From Hamiltosporidium tvaerminnensis FI-OER-3-3 (lineage: Eukaryota > Fungi > Microsporidia), in assembly GCA_022605425.2 (NCBI GenBank), contig JAKIMF020000005.1:1116001-1180000 (forward strand): a stretch of DNA of 64,000 bases, read 5' to 3'. The notes below the pieces were generated by a model that saw only the letters and a list, made by a program, of their open reading frames with translations, made no database searches and was not told the DNA's origin. Numbering within the stretch: the stretch's first letter is position 1; every line of letters starts with the position of its first letter. Positions 49,938 through 60,129 of this stretch are shown in pieces. A program made the position numbers and the translations under genes.

Positions 49938-50292
49938 GAAGAAACAACAGTGGTAAAAGAGGTAGAAGAAAATATATAAATGAATAGTCACAGTTGGAAG
50001 AAGAAATTACAGTGGTAAAAGAGGTAGAAGAAAATATATAAAAATTTAAATGAAGAGTCACAGTTGGAAGAAGAAATTACAGTGGTAAAAGTGGTAGAAG
50101 AAAATATATAAAAATTTAAATGAAGACTCACAGTTGGAAGAAGAAATTACAGTGGTAAAAGAGGTAGAAGAAAATATATAAAAATTTAAATGAAGAGTCA
50201 CAGTTGGAAGAAGAAACAACAGTGGTAAAAGAGGTAGAAGAAAATATATAAAAATGATAAAAATACTTTAACCCAGAATTTTATTATATAAA
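49938..50292 (+). repeat. ~4.6 x 70-bp tandem array derived from the R4-like element 3' end
   Basis: Units at 49981, 50051, 50121 and 50191 encode NEESQLEEEITVVKEVEENI*-like ends; array ends with the element 3' UTR aacccagaattttatt; ctccaagtc flanks at 49928-49936 and 50293-50301. Confidence 0.9.
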
Positions 50293-50813
50293 CTCCAAGT
50301 CTATAACAAAATTAAAAGTTCATGTTTATAAATTTTATAGCACTTATTCAATTATTTCTATTTTACAAAATATCAAATTTTAAAAAATCAGGTATTTTAT
50401 TCTTCAGAATCCGAAAGAATTCAAATATGAAAATAGAAATTCTTAAATTCGTAAATTCCTAAATTTAAAAGCAACATTATATTTTCGTAAATTCATAATC
50501 ATTTATTAAAAATAATTTATAAGTAAATTTATAGATCATCAAATAATTTATAAGTAAATTTATAGATTTGAAACTTAAGGCTTATATATCTCAACTGAGT
50601 AAAGTACAAAATATTTAAACTTACGGCTTATATCTTTGAATATAAAATAATTTTAATAATTAATTTTCAATTACCAAAAAAAGAAATTAATTTTGCGAAA
50701 TATATTGTTTTAATCTTATACAGATGAGAAAGTATTTTTTATTTCCTAAGAAAATATAAAATTTGAATTATTTGTAAAGATAGATATCAGATGAGTGTTT
50801 TAAAATATACATA

Positions 50814-51110
50814 AGAAATTCAGTGAAAATATTTTATTCTTTTTTTAGTCTTCTGTCTTACCAAATAGAGAATAATAAAATTTTATTGAGAAATTCAGTC
50901 AAAATATTTTATTCTTTTTTTTAGTCTTCTGTCTCACCAAATAGATAATAATAAAATTTTATAGAGAAATTCAGTCAAAATATTTTATTCTTTTTTTTAG
51001 TCTTCTGTCTCACCAAATAGATAATAATAAAATTTTATAGAGAAATTCAGTCAAAATATTTTATTCTTTTTTTTAGTCTTCTGTCTCACCAAATAGATAA
51101 TAATAAAATA
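50814..51110. repeat. 4 x 75-76-bp tandem repeat
   Basis: agaaattcagt..ttagtcttctgtct..ccaaatag units at 50814, 50889, 50965 and 51041. Confidence 0.9.
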
Positions 51111-52362
51111 TTTTTTGAGATGTTTATTATATATTTCGTGTATGAAATAAAATAATATAATTATTAAAATGAGAGTGTGAAGATACATAAGTAATTAACC
51201 AAATTTTTTAATGCAGTGGTACATCTAATTATTCTTTTGAATTGTTTAATATTCTATCCTCTTTATCACCTTCTTATATACAGAGCTAGCCAAGGTTTTT
51301 AGCACTCGGGCCATATTGACTTCTATAAAAAATTTTGAAAGCTAAGAACCTCTTATATATGTTAAACACAGCTACGAAAATTATTTCTTCAATGATTTCT
51401 AATAATATTTTTGAATGAAATATTAAAAGTTCCATACAGATGCTCAAAAAATAAAAATATATTTTAAAAATATTTTTATAGAAAGATATTCAAATTAATT
51501 CTCAAATTTTTAAAAGTCTTTCAGTCAAATTATTCAATGGAATTCAATAATTGGATAGGAATTATATAAGCTTTTGAAATTCTCTAACTGAGGGAATAAA
51601 CATTTTTAAATTGAAATACTCAAAAAATATTTACTATTGAACTGTCAAATAAAAACATGATGTCGTTATTGATAGTTTCTATTAGTAAATTAGATAAATA
51701 ATTTTGAGAAATTATTGAGGGAAAATCTCAACTACATCATTCTCATCAAAAATAATTTACGTAAACATTTTTTTATATTTTTTAAGATAAAATAATAATA
51801 ACACGTTTTGTGTTTAAAGAAATGTTACACAAAATGACAGAATTTTCTTTGTATTACAAATTTTTGATAAAAATTATCTAAAATTGTAATTTTTTTATTT
51901 CATTTTTTTATTCAAGAAATACCTACTCTACAAAAAAATGATTTAAAAACCAAATAAAATATATCATTAGACGTCTATTAAAGATCGTTGCAATATATCA
52001 CCAGACTTAAATTTAAGTTTTTATTGAATCTTTGTCTTTAGTAGTATGTATTATCAAAAATCAGGGTTCAATATTTTCTTTATTTGGAAATTTACTATTC
52101 CCGATTTAAAAAATACAATTTTAATCAATTTAAATTATAGGTCAAAATGTTTTTCAGTTTTTTAAATATTTTCATCTTCTATTTAACTACCACACACCTT
52201 AAAAAATAAATTAGTTTCTTATTAAAAAAACTTAATCAGATTTTAAAAAAAAAAATAATTTAAAAAAACTTAAAAAAATATTTATTTTAAAAAAAAAATT
52301 AAAAAAAAAATTAACAAAAAAGTGTAGAAATAGATTTATTTTAAAAAAAAAATTAAAAATAT

Positions 52363-52752
52363 TTATTTTCTTAATTTAAATCTAAAATAGAATTCATAAA
52401 CAATAGAAATTATCAATATAAAATATAAAAAATAGAAACTATTATAAAAATACGTCAATATTTTTGTTATTTGAGAAATATAAACAAAATCAAATAACAT
52501 AGAAATTATACCTTTAGAGTCTAAAGATACATAATATTCTTTATCTTTCTCTTTTCTATATCCACTTTTATAAATAAAAAAAATACCAAATAATTCTGGA
52601 AATGATTTAAATATAAAAATCATTATTTTATTTATACTTAATGGTCTGTATAATATACATGACACTATTAAAACAAATGTTTCAAGATTTTTAAGATTTT
52701 TTATTATTTCATTGTTTCTTTTCAAAATTTTCTTTGAAGATGTTCCAGCCAT
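52363..52752 (-). CDS. SND2: SND2/TMEM208 (DUF788) ER-targeting membrane protein
   Basis: N-terminal MA.SSKKI..RN, GIISMLFDFVYIS, FYFLYFILI; TM-rich, 129 aa; CCC motif upstream. Confidence 0.75.
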   Translation of the reverse strand: MAGTSSKKILKRNNEIIKNLKNLETFVLIVSCILYRPLSINKIMIFIFKSFPELFGIFFIYKSGYRKEKDKEYYVSLDSKGIISMLFDFVYISQITKILTYFYNSFYFLYFILIISIVYEFYFRFKLRK

Positions 52753-53133
52753 TCTAAGGGAAAAAATATAAAAAAATTTGATAAAAAATATTTTTTTGGG
52801 AAATAAAAAGTTTTAAAGTTTTATTGTTTTATTGTTTTATAACTGATAATTTTCATATCAGATGATCAATTTTCTTTGCTTAGAAAACCGTGTATTTCTT
52901 TATATGATTACTTATTGATTATTATTCTTGCTTTATTTTATCTTTTCATTTCGAAAAGATTTTTAAGTTTAAATTTAATTCCGAACTATTATTCTTACTT
53001 TATATTAACCGGAGGTTGTATCAAAATTTTTTTTATTTAAAATTAATTTGTTTCTCTTTGTTTTGTTACATATTACCTTTCTAATTGTATCAAAAGAAAT
53101 CTAAACAGTTATTTTTATATAAAAAATAAATAT

Positions 53134-53264
53134 TTTATTTAAAAGTATCACATCTTTTTTAAAACAGTGGCAAGTGTTATATCGTTTTCATGACATTAAC
53201 GCCGTTCTATGTTTAACATAAATAACTGCTACCACAACACTCCATCAGTACCCCTGCCATACCT
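53134..53264 (-). repeat. 5'-truncated 3' end of the structured repeat
   Basis: Close reverse-complement match to ~46172-46304, ending at the same terminus. Confidence 0.85.
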
Positions 53265-53331
53265 AAAAAAATATATAAATCAAAAAAATATGATATCATA
53301 AAATTTATGGTCTGAATTAATTTAAAAAAAA

Positions 53332-54423
53332 TTAAATCATAATTTTATATTTTTTTGCCTTTTCAATATTTTCAGGGACAGGATATTTTTGTAGTAAAAA
53401 ATTGCAAAGATTTTTATGAAAAATAGAATTTTGAACAAATTTTAAAGAAATATCAAACGATATATGAAAAGAAGGTACGAAATCAATGATTTCTTTCATT
53501 AGATTTTCGTTAAACTTACGACTTACAATAATATTTACTAAAATAGGACATTCAATAATCAAAGGATGGATTATTTTTTTATATCCTAATTTTCTACAAC
53601 AAATATTTTTAAAATTTAATATTTTGTAAAAAATTATTGTTTTGAGAAGAATATCCATATTTTTAGTATCTTTTTTTGTTTGCTGTAAGTAAATATTAAT
53701 ACAATCTATGTATGTTCTGATAAGTTTATAATTAAAACAATTTAATTTATTGTTTCTTTTGGTTGTATTGCAACTGTTTGTATTTAAGAGACTTAAAAGA
53801 AATAAAGGATTTTCAAATATCAATTCTCTGTTGTTCTTGTCTATAAAAGAATAAAATGTGAGTGTTTCTGGATAATAATTAACGAATAAATGATACAAAT
53901 TTCTTATTTCAACGAACGAAGAATTTAAAAGTGAATTTTGTAAAATTTTTACATCGATTTTATGATTATTTAAATAAATAAACGCCTCTTTGAAATCCAT
54001 TTTTATTGTTTGTAAAAAAATATAAAAATTTATAAGAAATCGATTTAAATCATTCGAATCATCTAAAACTTTCAATATTTCAATTATTATTGGTGTGATT
54101 TTGTAAATATTTAACAAAATTTCTTTTAATTCTTGATTTGTAAATTTATAAATGATTTTTAAAACAAATTCTGGGTCGTTTGAAAACAGTTGTAAGTGTT
54201 TTCGTTCCAGTAAAATTAATATTTCCAAAAATTTGTGAATATTTAAAGATTTATTTGTAATTTTAGTCTGAAATATTTCCTTTACAAAATCAAATTTAGG
54301 ATTTAAATACTTCAAAGTCTGAATACCATCATATTGAAGAAAATACGATAAAAAATCATTTCCATTCAAATTTTCTGACTCAAATAAATTAAAAAAATTG
54401 TATAAATCATTAGTCTCATCCAT
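53332..54423 (-). CDS. Integrator subunit 2-like protein (C-terminal homology only)
   Basis: IHPLIIECPILVNII..IIDFVPSFHISFD..LLQKYPVP resembles INTS2 LHQMYIADPNIAKLV..GIPSMHICLD..QYALP; CCC motif upstream. Confidence 0.6.
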   Translation of the reverse strand: MDETNDLYNFFNLFESENLNGNDFLSYFLQYDGIQTLKYLNPKFDFVKEIFQTKITNKSLNIHKFLEILILLERKHLQLFSNDPEFVLKIIYKFTNQELKEILLNIYKITPIIIEILKVLDDSNDLNRFLINFYIFLQTIKMDFKEAFIYLNNHKIDVKILQNSLLNSSFVEIRNLYHLFVNYYPETLTFYSFIDKNNRELIFENPLFLLSLLNTNSCNTTKRNNKLNCFNYKLIRTYIDCINIYLQQTKKDTKNMDILLKTIIFYKILNFKNICCRKLGYKKIIHPLIIECPILVNIIVSRKFNENLMKEIIDFVPSFHISFDISLKFVQNSIFHKNLCNFLLQKYPVPENIEKAKKYKIMI

Positions 54424-54591
54424 TATATGGGTTTTAGATATCTTACATTTTATTGAGATTTAAACACAAAAAAAATATCTAAAAAAATCTATGAATATAG
54501 GAATGATTAAGGAGTTTCAAACTAAGAAATTAAATAAAAAATAATTCTAATATTCAACCCCCAACTTTTATTAAAAAGAAAGTAAAAGAAA

Positions 54592-54773
54592 ATACTCAAA
54601 ATATAAATTGAAACAAAGTAGTAAAATACAAGATTTAAATTCTGAATTTACATTTTATAAAGCTTGGTAAGGCAGATACTCAAAATATAATTTGAAACAA
54701 AGTAGTAAAATACAAGATTTAAATTCTGAATTTACATTTTATAACTTTTGGTAAGGCAGATACTCAAAATATA
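54592..54773. repeat. ~2.2 x 84-bp tandem duplication
   Basis: atactcaaaatata at 54592, 54676 and 54760. Confidence 0.9.
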
Positions 54774-55094
54774 TTTTTTTTAGAAAGTCTTTTTAAAACC
54801 ACAGTTATGATGAAATATAAATTTTTAAGAATGAAATTCCGGGTATTTCTCTTCAAAGTTATATTCCAAACCAATTATATGCTTTGGTTTCAATCAAAAT
54901 ACCTTAATTACTATTCTAAAAGAATAATTTAAATATGAATTTGTAGTTTTTTTGCCTACACACTTGAAGAATTATTACATTTTTTTTAAATAATTCAATA
55001 AAGTCTATATATATTTGTTTTACCAATGATACTAAATAATTTATTCTTTTACTTATATAGATTATAATTATATACTAGGATTTTCTTTAATACG

Positions 55095-55258
55095 GAAGAA
55101 AACAATTTTAACTGTTTTTTGAGTACTTTCGACTGAATATATAACTTTTCTTAATATATTTAGAGCTTCTTTAAGATACGTTTTATAGTATTTTGTCACA
55201 ATACCGTCCCAGGTCATCACATAAGGAATTATCACAACATTTTTATAGATAAATAAGA
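55095..55258 (-). mobile_element. R4-like RLE-domain fragment
   Basis: gtattttgtcacaataccgtcccaggtcatcacataagg is identical to 6011-6049 (YVMTWDGIVTKY). Confidence 0.85.
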
Positions 55259-55564
55259 AAAGACTTCTATGATTATTAAATCCTTATCCTTTACTATTTA
55301 TCAAGAAATATAATTTTATTATTTCAATTGTAATTCTAATGTTTCTATAAAATTTTAAGATATACGAGACAATCCTAGAAAAATATTTTCTTATTAAATC
55401 TCAGAATACAAATATATTAACTTCTATAGAAGAACATAGACATGCAACTACAATAAAATATAGAATACTAACGAATAGAGTTGTTTAATCTGGTATTCTT
55501 ATATAATCTCTCCTATATTAACATTTCAATTAAAAAAACAATATTTTTAATATAAAATAGCCTT

Positions 55565-55700
55565 TTGTTTGAGTATAGAAAACCATGTATTAAGCTTTCA
55601 AAATTATTTTTTATATATTTTTAATATAGAATTTACATTTGTCTGAGTATAGGAAACCATGTATTAGGTTTTCAAAATAATTTTTAATATATTTTTAAAT
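55565..55700. repeat. 2 x 74-bp diverged tandem duplication
   Basis: gagtatag(a/g)aaaccatgtatta at 55571 and 55645. Confidence 0.8.
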
Positions 55701-55822
55701 TTTAAAAAAATCATTTGAGTCAAATTATGGATTTAATATTTTAGATGTTTTATTTCAGCTTTGTTTTTATATAAACTGTATTTTAAAAGAAAAATTCTAA
55801 AACTCAAATATCTTTGATTTAA

Positions 55823-55888
55823 TTTATTTAATAAAATTCTGGGTTAAAATATTTTTGCCATTTTTATATGTTTTCTTCTACCTCTTTA
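55823..55888 (-). mobile_element. ~65-bp extreme 5'-truncated R4-like insertion (3' tip only)
   Basis: Matches 5593-5658; putative TSD tttgatttaat / tttaatttaat. Confidence 0.8.
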
Positions 55889-55939
55889 ATTTAATAATTT
55901 AAATTTTTTTATCTTAAATATGCCAGGCAAAAATACTAA

Positions 55940-56132
55940 TAAATATAAAATTAAAGTTAAAAAAGTAATTTAAACAAACAAATCCATATCTGATCTTCTT
56001 CTAAATATAAAATTAAAGTTAAAAAAGTAATTTAAACAAACAAATCTATATCTGATCTTCTTCTAAATATAAAATTAAAGTTAAAAAAGTAATTTAAACA
56101 AACAAATCTATATTTGATCTTCTTCTAAATAT
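55940..56132. repeat. 3 x 62-bp tandem repeat spanning the SAC3 stop codon and 3' UTR
   Basis: Units start at 55941, 56003 and 56065, each carrying YLEEDQI plus ~40 nt of UTR. Confidence 0.9.
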
Positions 56133-58225
56133 ACAAACATTTCACCTCGAAACTTAGAAGTTTTAACAACTTCATTTTCTTTATTTCTTCTATTCTTTAA
56201 CAAGCAACCAATATCAGTAATATCACTCAATTTTATTTTAAAAATTCCTTTACATAAAATAATCCATTCGTACATTTCTTCATAATTATTTATTTTAATC
56301 AGCATATTGCATGGTAAATCTACTATTTTGTTTATCATAAAAAAATGTTCATTTATTTTATTGTGAAACCTTTTATCAACAGAAAACAATACACATTTAT
56401 AATCTAATAAAGAAATATCTTCAATACTCAGTTCTTCGTAATTAATATTTTTTTTCATTACCACAAATTCAGGATTTAATTCTGATATTTTACAATTTAA
56501 AATTTTTGTCTTAAAAACAGTGGAATAAATGCTTTTATCGAGAACAACTAAAAGTCTCTTAAATTGTATATTTTTAAAATTATATTTATCAGAATTTAAA
56601 ACTATAACTTGTTTTGATTCATTCAGTGTCAAAGATTTTCCTTTTTTTTCAGTTTTTTTGATTTTAATTTTTTTAGATTTATTTTGATTATTTACTATTT
56701 TTTTATCAAATAAATTCTTAATTTTTTCAGTTGTAAAATTACTAGAAATCCATTTTTTTATAAAAATATCGTAAAAAAATTTTTCAATTGATTTTCTTTT
56801 TTGAAAACTTATAAAATTGCAAGTTAATTCTTTCATTACTGAGAATAAAACAATACTTTCAATATTTTTTTTGACAAATTTTCTTTTAAAAATTATCTTT
56901 ACATTTTCTTCTAATTCTTTATCTAAAATAAATTCTAAAAAATATTTTGAATCATTCTTTTCAACACAAATTTCTGTATTTTCACGATATTTATTTTCAA
57001 CACAAATTTCTGTATTTTCACGATATTTATTTTCCAAATCTTTGTCTTCACAATATTTACGGTCTGAATTATTAATTTCTGTCTTAATTTCTTCAATTTT
57101 AAAATTTTTACTTTTTTCTTCAAAAATTTCTTTAGAAAAAAAAATTAGAAATTTCTTTAAAATATAAAAATCCAAATTTCCATATTTTATAATTTTCACT
57201 TTGTCTCTACATATTCTATTTACAACCCAATCATCTAAAACTCTAACCATTTTAATTTCTCGTTCTTCATAATTTTTCTTTCTTAAATCAATAAAAAATT
57301 TATATTTTTCTTCAAATTTTATTTCATCCAAAGAAATATCACCTTCTTCGTTTCTAACAGGAATTCCTTCCTTACTTAAAAAATATTTTATTTCCTCCAC
57401 ATTCTCTATTCCCATACAATCTTTAACATAAAACAAATCCACTTTTCCATCCACAACACTTCTTTTCAATACTTTGAAATATTTACTTCTAACCATTTCT
57501 TTGAAATTCAAAAGAATCGAAGAACTAAAAAAATCACTTCTTCGCATAAAAAAAATAAATTTTTTATAATCATTTTGTTGAAACACCTTTAATACTTTAA
57601 AAGAGTCTCCTAATATATTAAAGGGTGTTATTTTACAAGAAAATATTTTTGCCTTACTAAAGGTATCTGGATCATTTAAATGTAAAAGAATATAATAACT
57701 CAGGAATTCAGGAGAAATCTTATTTTTAAAATTATAAATTTCTAAAAGAGTCAAAATTGTTTTTTTAAGCTGCTCAATATTCAAATGATGTTCAAAATGT
57801 GGATGTGAATATAAAATATTGTAAAATAAAATATAAAATCTACAAATCTTTTCTAATTCGTTAATTGTTTTGTTACAGTTTAAATTCTGTATTGCAATGT
57901 CCAATCGAACGGCTCTACTTCTATCTTCTATAAATTTATAAATATCGTGAATAAAATATGAAGAAGATTCTGATTTTTTAGTGAAATCTGTTTGGTCTAA
58001 AAATGAAAATAAATATTTCATTACTTCTATAAGCACTTCTAATGGCCTGACGTCTTCTGGTTTTGATTGACTTTTGCCTGCAGAAGAACGTTGATACCTT
58101 TTTATCAAACATTTTTGTTCAAACGGTGAAATATCTTTTCTAAGAGTTCTGTCTGTAATTTCTGAAGGTGGACAGAATGTAAGACAAGTTCCTAAAAAAG
58201 AATTATTTGGTGAATTTGATGGCAT
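56108..58225 (-). CDS. SAC3: SAC3/GANP family mRNA export factor
   Basis: GTCLTFCPPSE..R, KRYQRSSAG, DVRPLEVL, YKFIEDRSRAVRLDI, LEKICRF. Confidence 0.9.
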   Translation of the reverse strand: MPSNSPNNSFLGTCLTFCPPSEITDRTLRKDISPFEQKCLIKRYQRSSAGKSQSKPEDVRPLEVLIEVMKYLFSFLDQTDFTKKSESSSYFIHDIYKFIEDRSRAVRLDIAIQNLNCNKTINELEKICRFYILFYNILYSHPHFEHHLNIEQLKKTILTLLEIYNFKNKISPEFLSYYILLHLNDPDTFSKAKIFSCKITPFNILGDSFKVLKVFQQNDYKKFIFFMRRSDFFSSSILLNFKEMVRSKYFKVLKRSVVDGKVDLFYVKDCMGIENVEEIKYFLSKEGIPVRNEEGDISLDEIKFEEKYKFFIDLRKKNYEEREIKMVRVLDDWVVNRICRDKVKIIKYGNLDFYILKKFLIFFSKEIFEEKSKNFKIEEIKTEINNSDRKYCEDKDLENKYRENTEICVENKYRENTEICVEKNDSKYFLEFILDKELEENVKIIFKRKFVKKNIESIVLFSVMKELTCNFISFQKRKSIEKFFYDIFIKKWISSNFTTEKIKNLFDKKIVNNQNKSKKIKIKKTEKKGKSLTLNESKQVIVLNSDKYNFKNIQFKRLLVVLDKSIYSTVFKTKILNCKISELNPEFVVMKKNINYEELSIEDISLLDYKCVLFSVDKRFHNKINEHFFMINKIVDLPCNMLIKINNYEEMYEWIILCKGIFKIKLSDITDIGCLLKNRRNKENEVVKTSKFRGEMFVYLEEDQI

Positions 58226-58229
58226 TTTA

Positions 58230-58233
58230 GGGG
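58230..58233 (-). promoter_or_regulatory. Microsporidian CCC motif upstream of ATG (example); also at 48258-48260, 49878-49880, 52758-52760, 54429-54431 and 63927-63929 (+)
   Basis: CCC lies within ~10 nt of the start codon of most core genes, after AT-rich tracts. Confidence 0.7.
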
Positions 58234-58455
58234 TTTGTAGAAGAACTTTTTAAAAAAATTTGTTTCGAATAAAAATGAGTCGTAAAAAACACGATTTATT
58301 CAAAAATTCAGAAGTGAAAACGAAGTTTGATTTGATAATAGAATTTAAAAATATTGAATAATATTGAAAAATAAAACAAAGAATGAATGATGGACAATTC
58401 ATCGAATAAAAACTTAAAATAAATCAAAAAGTTTATTAAAAATGTAATTTATTTT

Positions 58456-58962
58456 TTAAACCTCGCATCCGCATTCCCATATCTCATCTGCCTTGGAACA
58501 ATCAAACTGTGGTAATTTAAGTCTTTCATTGACCATATTATGACATTCACATAACCACTGAACAAAATCATCATGTGAGGATATACGTGGTGGGTAGTCA
58601 CTGAACATTTTTTGCATGTGTTTGGCACAATCACCGCATGGGAATACTTTGGTAAGCAATATTAAAAACTTTAATACATCTTTTTTATGTTCCTGAGTCG
58701 GAAATGCTGGGTATGTGGCTGCCATTGTGTGTAAAAGAACCCATGTCGAATTTCCTAATCTTTTTCTTATTTCTTGTTTTGTCATTGCGCCTGTATGAAC
58801 TTTAGATTCTGTAAAAGCATATGATTGATTATCTTTTACATTATTTTTCACCAATCTTGGATTCTTATTTGTTCTTTTCAAATATGATTTTAATGTAATA
58901 ATCGCTAGCCAAAGACATATAGAAGTTAATAAAATTCTAATGTAAAGTGTTTCTTTTCTCAT
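58456..58962 (-). CDS. ERV2: ERV/ALR FAD-linked sulfhydryl oxidase, Erv2 type
   Basis: N-terminal hydrophobic anchor, LGNSTWVLLHT, CGDC, WLCECHNMVNERL, C-terminal CGC. Confidence 0.88.
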   Translation of the reverse strand: MRKETLYIRILLTSICLWLAIITLKSYLKRTNKNPRLVKNNVKDNQSYAFTESKVHTGAMTKQEIRKRLGNSTWVLLHTMAATYPAFPTQEHKKDVLKFLILLTKVFPCGDCAKHMQKMFSDYPPRISSHDDFVQWLCECHNMVNERLKLPQFDCSKADEIWECGCEV

Positions 58963-59600
58963 TTATTTTGTTTACTCTTAATTTTTTTCTTTAGATATTT
59001 GAATCTAATACAAAATGTTTCATGTTTTAGATTTTAATCATAAAATACAGTATTGACATCCTTAAACCTAAACTCGTTTCAAATATTAAATAATTAGAAA
59101 TTAAAATTCTAAGAATGGTTTATTATTAGCATGTTTGTATTTTCACCTGTTTTAGCATTAAATTTTCAATTTTTAATTTAAGATATAGCAATTTATATTA
59201 AATCAGTTATAATTATTTTAGCATAATTTTTAAATTTCAATTTAGGTTAATGAATTTAGATTCAATATGTAAGAATTATTTTTAGTAAATTTTCATTAAC
59301 CAAATTCAAGATATAACAATAATTTTTACTAATTAGATTTAATTATTTTATTAGAGTATTTTTAAGATATAAATCCTAAATTGAAGATATAGTGATAGTT
59401 TGTATTAAATAAATTAAATTTTTTATTGGATTATTTCATATAAATTTCTAAATTTTAATTAAAGAGTTTGGCCCTAGGTTATATATATTGCTTTAGATTT
59501 TATTTTTATTAACAAACATCTCACATATATATCATCAGAATTAAAACTTCGCTGTTTTTACTCCTAAGCGAACAGTTTAGTATAAAATATCTGAATTATA

Positions 59601-59782
59601 GATAGATAAGGCAGATAACCAAATTAAAAAGTATCCGATTGGCAATAAGTGTGTACAATTTGTCTGAAAATCATTGCTACCATTTTAGTGGGATATAAGT
59701 CCCACGAGTCTATAGATCAATCCTCTATAATTCGAGTTAACAGATTAAAAGAAACGAATAGAAACTTTATTTTGTTAATCCC
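59601..59782 (+). repeat. Diverged 5' domain of the structured repeat
   Basis: gataacc..aaaaa..ttggcaat(a/g)agtgtgt..atcattg..gtggga is colinear with 45602-45695. Confidence 0.65.
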
Positions 59783-60129
59783 TGATACCTAGAGGAAAAA
59801 AAAGAATTAAAAGAGAAATATATCTGAATTATTAAAATAAGGTATATCTATTTAAATTTTTATTCCTGATCAATATTTGAAAAGTAAAAATATTAAATAT
59901 TTTATATTCGCACTATAATAAAATAAGATTAAGAAACATTTCCACAAGAAATTTCAACCCCAAGTCGACTTATAAAAAGTTTTAAATCTAATGAATTCAT
60001 ATTTAAAAATAAATTTTATTTAGTAAAATTCTTATAAAAAATGATTTTTTAAATTTTCAAAAATACAAAATCTTACGAATAAATTTTATATAATGAGTTC
60101 TTATAAAAAATGATTTTTTAAATTTCTAA

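Noticed and set aside
49938-51110. CRISPR-like arrays
   Set aside because: Head-to-tail repeats without unique spacers, in a eukaryotic context
51281-51315. Possible DNA-transposon end cagagctagccaagg
   Set aside because: No matching inverted terminus found
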